Assembly (NCBI GenBank): GCA_010909165.1
Contig: VJWM01000106.1
Location: forward strand, 434,001-498,000
Length of the DNA stretch: 64,000 bases
From: Anthoceros angustus
Taxonomy: Eukaryota > Plantae > Anthocerotophyta
Direction: 5' to 3'
The position numbers and the translations under genes are program-made. A model generated the notes under the pieces. It was not told where the DNA came from and did no database searches. It saw only the letters and a list, made by a program, of their open reading frames with translations. Positions 12,563 to 24,500 of the stretch are shown here, piece by piece. The stretch's first letter is position 1. Each line of letters opens with the position of its first letter.

Positions 12563-15500
12563 ATGGCTCCCGAGACAGGTGAGAAACGCAGGAGGCGGAG
12601 TTCTGGAGACAAAAACGAAGGCGATGAGGATGCACAACCACCTCCTTCGAGAACAGCTAAAATAGATGCTCGTCCATCCCCTCACCCGCTGCAGCAGCCA
12701 GCAGTTCCGAGTCTGCCAGCAGCAGCAGCAACAGCAGCAGCATCAAACCCTGGGATGCCCGCTCGCAAGACCAAAGCTCCGGTGAGGCGTGATCTTTCCC
12801 CGACCAGGTCCTCCGCTGGCGCCGAGAGCCACAGTCGGTCGCGCTCGAGCTCCCCCTCGGCGGTCTCCGACGAAGCGCAGGGCAGGGGAAGGGGAAGGGG
12901 TAGGGGTAGGGGGAGCGGTAGGGGAACGGGAACGGGAACGGGAACGGGAAGAGGAAGAGGAAGGGGAAGGGGAGCGCGGGGCGGAGTTGGGGACAGCAGT
13001 ACGCAACCAAGGAGGAGGGTGACGGCGGAGGATTCAGAGGAGATGGAGGACGAAGTGGTCCAGTTGGCTGAATTCCGGAAGTTCCTCCAGGAACCCGCAA
13101 CACAAGCGGCACAGATGCCTGCCAATGCTCCCGCTCCCGCTCCTGCTCCCGCTCCTGCTTCCAATCGGGTAGCAGGCATGCCAATTCAACCGGGCTCGGA
13201 CTTCATTCCAAAGCGAAATAGCAGGCTTGTTGAGGCTGTGCTCAGATTCGACCAATCGGCTCTGAAGAAACAACAGATGAAGTTGAAGAAAGGCGATCCG
13301 GAGAAAGAATACGTGCTGTGGTTGTTGCGCAACTGGCCTGCATATGAGCAAGGCAGATTGGATTTGGAAGCGGCGGCTCCACGTGCACCAGTTCGACAAC
13401 CTTCACCACCACCTCCACCGGAGGCACAAGGGGAACCGGCTCCCGCTCCTGCTTCCAATCGGGTAGCCGACATGCCAGCCGGCATGCCAATTCAACCGGA
13501 CTCGGACTTCATTCCGAAGCGAGAAAGCAGGGTCATCGACGCTGTGCTCAGATTCGACCAACCGGCTCTGAGGAGACATCAGTTCAAGTTGAGGAAAGGC
13601 GATCCGGAGAAGGAATACGTGGTGTGGTTGTTGCGCAACTGGCCTGCCTATGAGCAGGGCAGATTGGAGTTGGCAGTGGCGGCTCCACGCGCAGTGGCGG
13701 CTCCACGCGCAGTTCGACAACCTTCACCACCACCTCCACCGGCGGCACCGATGCCTGCGGATGCAGATGCAGATGCAGATGCAGATGCTCCTGCTTCCAC
13801 ACGGCAACCTGACGTGCCACTTAAACCGGGCTTGGCCGCAGATGCTCCTGCTTCCACACGCCAACCTGACGTGCCACTTAAACCGGGCTTGGACTTCACG
13901 CCTACGAGCACGCTTGCTTCCTGGGTGCGGAAGTTCGACAAAGCGGCTCTGATGAGCCATCTGATGAAGCTCAAGACGAACACTCCGGAGAGACAGTACA
14001 TCCAGTGGTTGTTGAAGAATTGGCCGCCTTTGGAAGCTCCAGCCGCAGTTCCTGAACCACCAGCAATCCGTCCACCAGAGCAACCACCTCCATCACCGCC
14101 ACCAGCACCACCAATTCTTCCACCAGCGCAACCAGCCCCACGACCACCACCACCACCACCTCGGGCAAATCCAGCCCCGCTTCGCAGTCCGGTTGCGCAT
14201 GTAAGCTTGAGCCCAGGAGGGAGCTCGAGCTCGAGCTCGGGCTCGGGCTCGGACTCGGACTCGAGCTCGGGGGGCTCGAGCCCAGAGGGCCCAAAGAGTC
14301 CAGACTCGGGCTCAGACTCCAGCCCAGAGCGCCCGAGCCCGGGCTCAAACTCCAGCTCCAGCCCAGACCGCCCAAAGATGGTAGACTCCGGCTCAGACTC
14401 GAGCCAGAAGAAGGCAGACTCAGGATCAGGCCCTGGTGACGAGATGGATGAGGATGAGGATGGGGATGGGGATGTGGATGGAATATCACCGCAGAGAAAG
14501 GGGGCGCAGGGAGGCTCAGGATCATTCTCCCGCCTGGTCTCAGGCTCAGCCCCGAGCCCAGAGCGCCCAGAGGAGGCAGACTCAGGATCTGGCCCTGGCG
14601 ACGAGATGGACGTGAGAGAGAATGTGGCTGGAATGCCAGACGACGGAGAGGAGGAACCATTTTACGCTGAGGGACCATTTTACGCAGAGCGACCATACAT
14701 CGATGATGGCACATATTACGCGGCCGTGATGGACGTGAGGGAGAATGTGGTTGGAGTACCAGACTCGTACGCAGAGGACGGGGATGAGGATGGGGGTAGG
14801 AGTGGGGATGGGGACGGGGATGAGGATGGGATGTCTGACGATGAGCAGGAGGAGGAGGGTGTGGTTGCCATTTCAGACGAAGAGGGGGAGGAGGAGGAGG
14901 AGCAGGGCGTGGTTGCGATGTCAGACGACGACAAGGACGAAGGAGAGGATTTGATGCCTAGGATGATAGAGGCATTCGAGGCAAGGAGGATGGAATTCGC
15001 CACAACGGGAGTGACAGTGAACGCAATACGCTCGCAACTGGAGCAGGATATGGATCTGCCAGACAAAGCCCTGAACCTGCCACTTCTCAAGGCCCTGCTA
15101 CGCAAACTTGTGGACGAGGCGATGGTGCAATGGCGGGACAGAGTGATCAACGCGTTCCAAGCTCGGTCGGCCCAGGCTGTCCAGGACACGTGGAATGCGA
15201 CCCAGGTGCGGATCATCCTGGAGAGCGACCTCGACGTGGAGTCGCTGGAGAACTACGAGAGCTTCATACAAGAGATGCTGAAGATCAGGCCTGCCTTCGC
15301 GGCCAGAGCGGGTGGGTGGATGGGGGGCAACCGGCCCACAGCGGAGACCGTGAGCAGGGTTCTGGAGCAGGATCTGGGCTTGTCGGAAAACGACCTGGAC
15401 ATTTACCGGGGGCTGATCGATGTGCTTCTGGAGGAACTGGCGGGCACGGAGGTGGTAGAGGAAGCGGAGAGGGCCGCCTTCCGCGAGCGACTGAGGGAGG

Positions 15501-18500
15501 TGGCGGGTAGGGTTTATCCCAGGGATGGGCGCAAGATCAGCAGGTTCGATTTCCAGAGGCAGGTGGAGCGGGAGATGCTGATGCGTCATCACACCCTGTC
15601 CCCGCACGGGGAGGACTTGGACGAAGTGTATAGGGAGTTGTCGAGCAGGGAAGGAGAGGCGGAGAAGGCAGAAGCCGAGAAGAAGAGCAAGAGGAAGAGA
15701 GGCAGGGACAAGGATGACCCGACGCTGCCGGATTTGCTCGAGGATGAGCCGCCCACGAACAGAGCAAGGGGGCAGGATGGTGGCTCGCAGAAGCGGTACA
15801 TCAGGCCGGGGCGCTTGCGGATCAGTCCCCCGCGTGATATGGAGGACTGCCGGGAGCCCAGGGAGAGGGTGGAGGCTGTTGTGGGCGGGAGAAAAGATCG
15901 GGGGTTGTCGGTGATGGAAGACATGAGGATGGACGTGGACAGCGCTGTGCCTCCGCCCAGCAGCTTGAGGCTGCCGGCTAGTTCCGGGGATGCGGGTGGA
16001 GATGGAATGGTGATGCTCACTGCCGAAGACTTGAATGTGGCTCCCTGTCCACGACCATTGCGGCCCCAGGGCAAGGTAGCTCTCCTGGGATTAGGTCTGA
16101 GCTGCAGCGACAGAGGATGCAATGGGAATGCATGGCATGGAGGGCTATAGCGTACACCAGGAGGAGATGAGCGCTAGCTGCAGGCACCAGCTGGTTGCAC
16201 CATCGTCGTCTGATAGTAGCATCTGTTGGTGGATGCTCTGCTCCAGGTTGTGGGTGCTCTGCTCCAGGTTGTGGGTGCTTCAGGATGCATGGGTGTTTGT
16301 ATGCGCCATGCCGACGTTGCTCGGAAGGTGCAGCTTGTTAGGGCGCTGACTGACCTATGGAGTTGTGCACTTGCAGGTGAAAGCAGCACGGGATGGACCG
16401 AAGGGCACAGCACCGGTGCCAAGACCAGCCCCTCCGCAGGTACCCCTTTCCGTATGCCTCTTGATGTGCATTGATTCGCTTGAGAGGTTGGCGTCCATGG
16501 ACAGGACACGGTTGCTGCTTCTCTGCATCACGCAAAGGTTGTGCAAGAGGCCATGTTATGGAGGACAGCCATGGCCACAAGCATACGCTGCCTGAGGTGC
16601 ACTCCTGAAGGTTCTTTGATGCCCTGTCGGATAGTGTAGCTATTTGTTTTTCAATCACGTGAGAATGCTCTTGGACGTGCCCATTTGTCCTGATCGTCTC
16701 GACTCTGATGCTGTCGGTGCCTGAATGGTGTGCGCGCTCAGCAGATAGCATCCTCTTCCGGGACATCAGGTGTTGCCCAGCAACAGTCGGGAGATGAAGA
16801 ACCTGTGAAACAGATGGTTCCCCACTCTGCGGTGCGTTCCAGTTCATGTATTTTACAGTCAGTCCGAATTGATGCTACTGTATGTATGCCTCATGCGTTG
16901 TGCACATGTACGCAGCCTAAATTCCGACGACCATCTCTGCGAGAACGACCACCTCTGCGGGAACAACCACGCCAGCCTCCAGTTGCTTCACCAAGACCTG
17001 TACCAGTTGTCCCCCAGCGTCAACAATCGAGAGATCAACAACATGGGAGACCGGTAATTCCTTAGTCTGCGTGTGCGTTCCAGGTGCGTTACGGTCGGTC
17101 CGAATTGATCCCACGTCTGTATGGATGCCTCACACGTTGTGCACATGTACGCAGCCTGCATACCACCCATACCAACGAGGACAACCTATGCGAACAAAAC
17201 CAGCCCAGCCTCCAGTTGCTTCACAATCTGCCTCAGGTGGCAGACAGGCAGCAGGAAGAAGCGATACTGGAGGAAGAGGAAGAGGCACTGTGGATGAGCC
17301 GAGGAAGGCCGTAGGAGGAGGGGACGAAGGAGAACCGGGCTGGGTCCCGCCGGATTGGATGAGGTTCCACTTGGGGGAGGAGAGCATGCAATACTTCCAG
17401 CCCCAGATTGGATTTGCCTCGGGCTTCACATTTATCCCGGACTCCTCCCATGGTTTCTCTCCTCAAAGACAAAGGGAGGGAGATGACAGAAACGCTCGAA
17501 CCCACCATGGACAGGACAATCTGTCGCTAGCAGGAAGGGTCCTGAACCAGCTCCCTCCACAGGCCAGAGTTTCCCTCTTGGAAACTCTCAACGGGGAGGT
17601 GCCGATGGAGGTGCAGTGCGAAGTGAGGAGAGAAAGGGAGCCTGTACAGGACACGACGAGCACAATGGCTGTCAGGATCAGCACTGTGCAATCGAGTGCG
17701 TTGGTGGCCTCACCACAGCAAGAGGCTGCTTATTCGAGGATGGGCAAGAGGAAGAGAGAGGGGAAGGGGGGAGAGGAGGAAAGCGAGGAGGAGGAGCGAA
17801 GGACACAGAGAGCCCGTGAGAGGGGAAGAGAGGAAATGAAGGGGAAGGAAGAGGAGGAAAGGAGGAGGAGGATGGAGGAGGACGTGATGAGAGATTCATC
17901 ACCTGAAGAGGGAGAGCTCAGAAAAACACCGTCACCCGAAGAGGGAGAGATAAAAGAAGGGTCATCACCTAAAGACGCAGACATGAAAGGATGGTCACCA
18001 GTTGAAGAGGGAGAGATAGAAGAAGGGTCATCACCTAAAGACGCAGACATGAAAGGATGGTCACCAGTTGAAGAGGGAGAGATTACAGCACTGTCATCAC
18101 CTGAAGACGCAGACATGCCAGAAGGGTCACCAGTTGAAGAGGGAGAGACTAAAGAACCGTCATCACCTGAAGACGCAGACATGAAAGAAGGGTCACCAGT
18201 TGAAGAGGGAGAGATACCGGGAGCAGGTGATGCAAGGTTAACACCAGACGCAAAGAGTGCAGACACGGAGAAGAGAAGAGATGACCCAAGGACCATCACA
18301 GACATACAGGAAGCATCGCCAGGACGGAACGAGGGGAAGGAGATGGGGAAAGAAGAGGAGAAACCAGCTAGCCCAGCGACCATGAAGCAGAAGGTGAGCA
18401 CTGGGCCGGTAAGAGAGTTTCACAGATTAATCGATAGACTACCCGACGAAAAGAGATTGATTCTGTTCCAGAACATGGAGGATACTCCGCCGGGAGAGAA

Positions 18501-21500
18501 AGTTCCCGTGGAAATCGTGGCATCAGGGAATGTGGAAGCTGCCACGTTGGGGCCACCAGGAACCGCTCCTCCGGCACCCATGGGAGGGCAGTGCTACACG
18601 ATCGTGGAAATGGAAAACGCTCTCATGTTGGGATCCGGCTCACAGCTCGATTTGGGACCTAGTTCACAGTTCGATCTGGGACTCGGCTCAGAGTTCGATT
18701 TAGGACTCGGCTCACAGCTCGATTTGGGACCCGGCTCAGAGAGCGATTCTGGACGCGGGTCACAGCCCGATTTGGGTCGCGTCTCACAGCATGTAGAGAA
18801 GTCGCTGACGCCGGACAGGGCAGCCGCAACAATGGAGGCCTTGGCACTGCTGCTACAAACTCTTCCGGAGCCGGAGCAACAGCAGGTCCAGGAAGCCATG
18901 GCCGATATGAAGTCGGGGGAGCGGCTGGTTGTTCACTCGGCGGAAATGGTCGAGGTCACCGCAACGGTAATCAGGCCGGAATCCGAGAAGGGCTCGCCGA
19001 AACAGACACAGACACCCTCCCGGTACGGCTCTCCGACCGTCTTCCCCGAATCCCTGGACGGAGCTGGGCCAGACCAGGAGGGCAATGCAACACCGAGGCC
19101 CCGGGTTGTTTACATGGCAGACAGAGGCGTGGTCCGCAGCCGTGCTCCCGCGCCGCAGCAGGAGCAGGAGCAGGCGCCCTGGCAGCCGGATCCGGTGACG
19201 GCCAAGGAAGCGTTCCTGATGGCGCAGCTGGAGCAGGAGAGGAGGATGGCGGAGGAAGCACGGGAGGTGCTGCGGCAGGAAAGGCTGGCGGCCGCGCAGG
19301 AAGCAGAGAGAGAGAGGAGGGAAAATGAGGAGAGAACCAGGGCGGAGATCGAGAGAGTGCGCCTGCAGCACGCGCAGGAGGTGGAGGCCATGAATCAGAA
19401 GCTGGCAGCCGCGCTTTTGCAGCTGCAGCAGGCCCAGCAAGCAGGTGCGTTGCAGCCGCCATTGCAGCAGGTGCAGGGGTTTGAGGACGTCATGACCGCG
19501 CCCGGCCCGGAGACGATGTATGTGCTACAGTCTCTCGTGGATTTGTCCAAGAGCCAGGAGCAGGCGCCGCAACAAGAGATTTCGGGGCCGCAAGAAGAGA
19601 CGCAGGAGCAGGTGTTCGAGGACGAGATACCTCAGCAGGAGCAGGTTTTGCAGGACGATCTGCCGCAGCAGGAGCAGGTTTTGCAGGACGAATTGCCGCA
19701 GCAGGAGCAGGCGTTGCAGTACGAGATGCCGCAGCAGCAGGAGCCGATTGTGGAAGACGAAGAGATGCCGCAGCAGGAGCCGATGGAGGAAGACGAGGCG
19801 ACGCCGCAGCAGCAATATGCGGCGGGCGGATACGTAGATTTGCTCTTGGGAGCACGTAGCCCGGAACAGGAGGAAGGAGAAGAGGGAGGAAGGAGAAGAG
19901 GTGGAGGAAGAGATGGCTGACGCGCCGGAGGGACGAGGGCTTCCGCGGTCGCCGAAGTCGCCGCCGCCGCCGGCGCCGCCGATCGCGTCACGGAGGCCGC
20001 TGCCAGTGCCGCCAGCGCCGCCAGCGCCGCCATCGCAGCCGCAGCAGCAGGCCGGCGGCAGGCAGGCACGACAGCCTCGACAGCCGAAAGTGCCGCGGGC
20101 GCAGGATGGAGGAAGGCAGCGGCAGCGGCGGCAGCGGCAGCCACCACGGCAACTGCGGCGGCCGGATCCAACTCCGGCCGGGCCCCAGAAGCCCCGATCC
20201 GCCCGATGCTGCATTCTGTGGGACTGCGGTGGTGCCGCGGGTACCTCCCGCCGCACCTCCCGCCGCAGATTCACCCGCCTGGTTTTGAGAAGGAATTGGA
20301 GGAACGACAGGAACACCGGTCGCTGGTGATCAAGATGATAGACAAAGTGCAAGCGTGGGATCAAGTGCTGCCGCCGGAACCGCACGAAGAGCGATGGAAG
20401 CAGTGGCAGCTAGAGCGATTGCAGCTGGAACAAGCCGAATCGGAGCGGCAGCGGCAATTAGGGCAGCAGCCAGTGGAGGAGGAGGAGGAGGAGGAGGAGG
20501 AAGAGGAGGAGGAGGAGGAGGCATGGCACCGGCCGGAGCATATGGAGGAGGACCTGCCGCAGCAAGAGGAGGAGGAGGAACGGGAGGATGGACAGCAGCA
20601 GCAGCAGCAGCAGCGAATGCGTGGATACCGGTGGTTGCGGTGGAATCCGTGCCCGCAGAACCTGCTGGCCAAACAGGAGAAGGCGCGGCAATGGATTTGG
20701 GGGTACGAGCTTAGGAAGGGGGTGGAGAAAGAGATGGAGAAACAGCGGCGCCTGCCCAGGTTCGAGCGCGCAGTGGAAGCGATGCGGCAGAGGGCTCACA
20801 TGGAGAGGGTGCAGGCGGGGCAGCCCGTCGGCCCCAAAGCTTCGGACAGTGCAGTGTTCCCAGATGCCACCCCGTACCCGCACTACATCACGACGAGTGA
20901 CCCTGTGCTCGAAGGGCGAGACGTGATAGATGGCCAGCGGGTTTTCACACAGGACCCCAGACTGCTGGCCTGGGCGGCCAGGAGGCGCCAGGTCATGTCG
21001 GACAATATGCGCCGTTTGTGGCCCGGTTTTGATGCCGATGGGTTTGTCGATGGGGTTGATCAGCCTCCTGTGGCTCCTCAGCCCCCTGGGGAGGCCCCCC
21101 GCGATGTGCCTTTGGGGTTCGGTCCGTATTTCGAGCAGCCTGCCCCGGCTGCGCTGCCTGGGGGTCCTGGGTCTCCTGACATGTATGTGGGCCTGTACAC
21201 GAATGACGGAGCAGTCGCGTTTCAGTACGTGGTGAGAGATGACGGACAAGCACAGCCTCAGCGCACGGCGATGGATGGAGGACAGGACCAGGGCCAGGAC
21301 CAGGACCAGGACCAGGACCAGGACCAGGACCAGGCCGTGATGGATGGAGGGCAAGCCCAGGCCCAGGCCCAGGCCCAGCACATGGTCATGGATGGAGGGC
21401 AAATGATGGATGGAGGACAAGCGCAGGCCCAGAACATGGACGTGGATGGTGGACAAGACCAAGCCCAGGCCCAGGCCCAGAACATGGTCGTGGATGGTGG

Positions 21501-24500
21501 ACAAGCGCAGGCCCAGGTGCCGGCCCGGGTTCCTCAGCAGCTGGATGAGGTGGAGCAATGGAAGGCCGAGAAGATACAAGAGCATGAGCTTCGAGGCAAT
21601 TATTATGGCAAGCCGGTGAAGATGCCGTTCTTGGAGGACCCAGGCTTCCGGTGGGAGTACAGGGGAACTCCCGTATTCCAGCCCAAGGACGGACATCGCA
21701 GCATTGGCCACCGCAAGGATATCGTTGTACGTAAAAGCTTGAAGCGCAGCATGCATAGATGCAACACATACTGGCTGGGGGTGGCATCAGGTGGAGGAGG
21801 GCGTGCGCTGTATGTATAGCACTTTGGGGCTCTCTCGCTCATCCTGTTTTGTTTTGTTTGTGTGTGGCTTGCTTCTGCTTCTGAGAGCTGGAAGTGGGTT
21901 GATGTATCCAGGACGATGGAAGGTGGACAGGCAAAGACAAGCCCCATGCGTGGGAATACGCCGGGGTAGTGTACTTGCCGGAACGCCCTGGCCATTTCCC
22001 GATCAACCCTCGGGACCTCCCTTTCACTCCGCAGCGTCTCGTTTATGTGGTGCAACGGATGGGGTTCACGTGGGAAAAGGACACTCTGGCCAAGTTGCCC
22101 AGGTATTCGGATCTCTGCCGAATTCTCCGAATGGAGCGCGTGTTTCCATCTCCGGCCTTCTCAACCTATCATTGGGATCCCAACATGAACTACGGACAAG
22201 ACTCACCTGCAAAGAGAGAAAGAAGGAGGGCTGCAGCTCAGGCCCGAGCAGCTCGGGCCCGCGCTGCACCTGGCGGGAATGGAGCTGAGGATGAGCAAGC
22301 GGAAATGGCTGCAGAACTCGAAGCCCTTTTAGGATTTGCGGATGACGTTGGTGACTTACAGGATCCGCATACTGTGATGAGGGAGGGGTTGCCATATGCG
22401 GATCAGAATCTGGTTGCAGATGATTTTGCAGATGGGGTCATGTTTAGAGGGCATGCTGCTGCTGCCCCTGCAGACCGTCGGAGAGGCAGGGGCAGGGGGA
22501 CGGGGACGGGGAGGCCCAGTCAGAACTCTCCAGACAATGGGGCCTCCAGACGTGGACGAAGACGCACAAAAAGAGACAAAGCTAACGACTCATATATGGA
22601 TGATGAGTTTGATCTTGACGACATTGTTGAGGGAGGAGACCAAGTATCTGCAGACCCACCATCACCTGGCTCTGCGGACGGGGGTACAGGCAGACGCATA
22701 CCCAGGAGCCAGGCGAAGGCTGTGGTGGCCGATGACGGCGATGATGATAATGACACTGGAAGGGGCGTAGGTGGAGGTAGAGGTAGAGGTAGAGGTCGAG
22801 GCAGAGGTAGGGGTAGGGGTAGGGGTAGGGGTGGGATATGGGTAGGGGTAGGGGTAGGGGTAGGGGTGGGATATGGGTAGGGGTAGGGGTAGAGGTAGAG
22901 GTAGGGGTAGGGGTAGAGGTAGAGGTAGAGGTAGGGCTAGAGGCAGGGGCAGGGGCAGGGGACGGGACGGGAGGCCCAGTCAGAACTCTCCAGACAATGG
23001 GGCCTCCAGACGTGGACGAAGACGCACAAAAAGAGACAAAGCTAACGACTCATATATGGATGATGAGTTTGATCTTGACGACATTGTTGAGGGAGGAGAC
23101 CAAGTATCTGCAGACCCACCATCACCTGGCTCTGCGGACGGGGGTACAGGCAGACGCATACCCAGGAGCCAGGCGAAGGCTGTGGTGGCCGATGACGGCG
23201 ATGATGATAATGACACTGGAAGGGGCGTAGGTGGAGGTAGAGGTAGAGGTAGAGGTCGAGGCAGAGGTAGGGGTAGGGGTAGGGGTAGGGGTGGGATATG
23301 GGTAGGGGTAGGGGTAGAGGTGGGGGTGGGATATGGGTAGGGGTAGGGGTAGAGGTAGAGGTGGGGGTAGGGGTAGGGGTAGAGGTAGAGGGGCTAGAGG
23401 CAGGGGCAGGGGCAGCAGGGGGCCAGTGGGGAGCCGTTGTGGATGGTCCCAAGGGGTAGAGGAAGGCCCAGGAAGAATCCTGTGGTTGTGTCTGATGACG
23501 ATGAAGAGACAGAGGAGGACGCGGAGAGACGGAGGAGGACGGCGGAGAGACAGAGGAGGACAGCGGAGAGACAGAGGAGGAAGGCGGAGACACAGACGAG
23601 GAAGGTGGAGACATGGATGAAGACGAAGAAATGGAGGAGAGCAGAGACCCACCACCAGATGTGGTTGCTGAAGTCAAAAGTCGGTTCCCTCGGACACGAG
23701 GAGCAGGTGGGAGGCAGCCGCCACCGGAATCAAACCAGAACTCTGACACTACCCTCATGATGGTGTTGCTTCCGACAGCTGAGCAGCAGTTGGCAGCTGG
23801 TGCACAGAAGCCGTACGAAGAGGAGCTGGATGACACAGTGTATGCTGGAGATTCCGCACTTGCCCATGACTCCTCTGATGGCTCCGAATATGAGTACAGG
23901 GTAGAGGACGGTGATGCAGGCCCAGAATCAGGAGAGGACATGTTGGAGCTGCCAGAGTCGCCCACTGTGAGCTATCCTGACCGTGCCGCATTTGCGTTGC
24001 AGATACAGATCACCACTCGTGTCACTTTGCACCGGTTGTCACGTTCGTCTGCTGGAGAACCCGAGTTCAGGATTGGTGTGGTGAAGGAAAGAATTGCCAC
24101 GATTGTTCGTCTGCCTAATTCATCAGGTGGGAGATTGGAGGGGATCTCACCTGGAACAAGGGCAGAGGAAGCAATCACAGCACCGGTGCTTTCCAAGCTG
24201 GATATGAAGCTGAGGACACTGGAACCATTGACTTCCTCACCTGGAGATACGAGCAGCCAGCTTCCGGGCATTCATGCATTTGCGATTGATGTGCGCCGGG
24301 ACGAGGTTCCCCTTCTGCAGACGTCGGGAATGATATCGCTCCACCTTCCCTCGTCTCACATCTGGGGGTTGGACCTTAGGAGTAGCGGAGGGAATTGGCC
24401 AAATGCTCCTCAGGCGTGGCAGCAGGAAGGGGAGGGGCGGCCAGCTCTGCCTCTGGGGCAGAACAATTTCTTGGTCTACCATGGCCAGATTCAGCCTAAG

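Noticed and set aside
19490-23965. Long minus-strand ORFs (19525-20385, 20458-21756, 23042-23965 and others)
   Set aside because: Antisense shadows of GC-rich low-complexity + strand coding repeats; no independent domain content.
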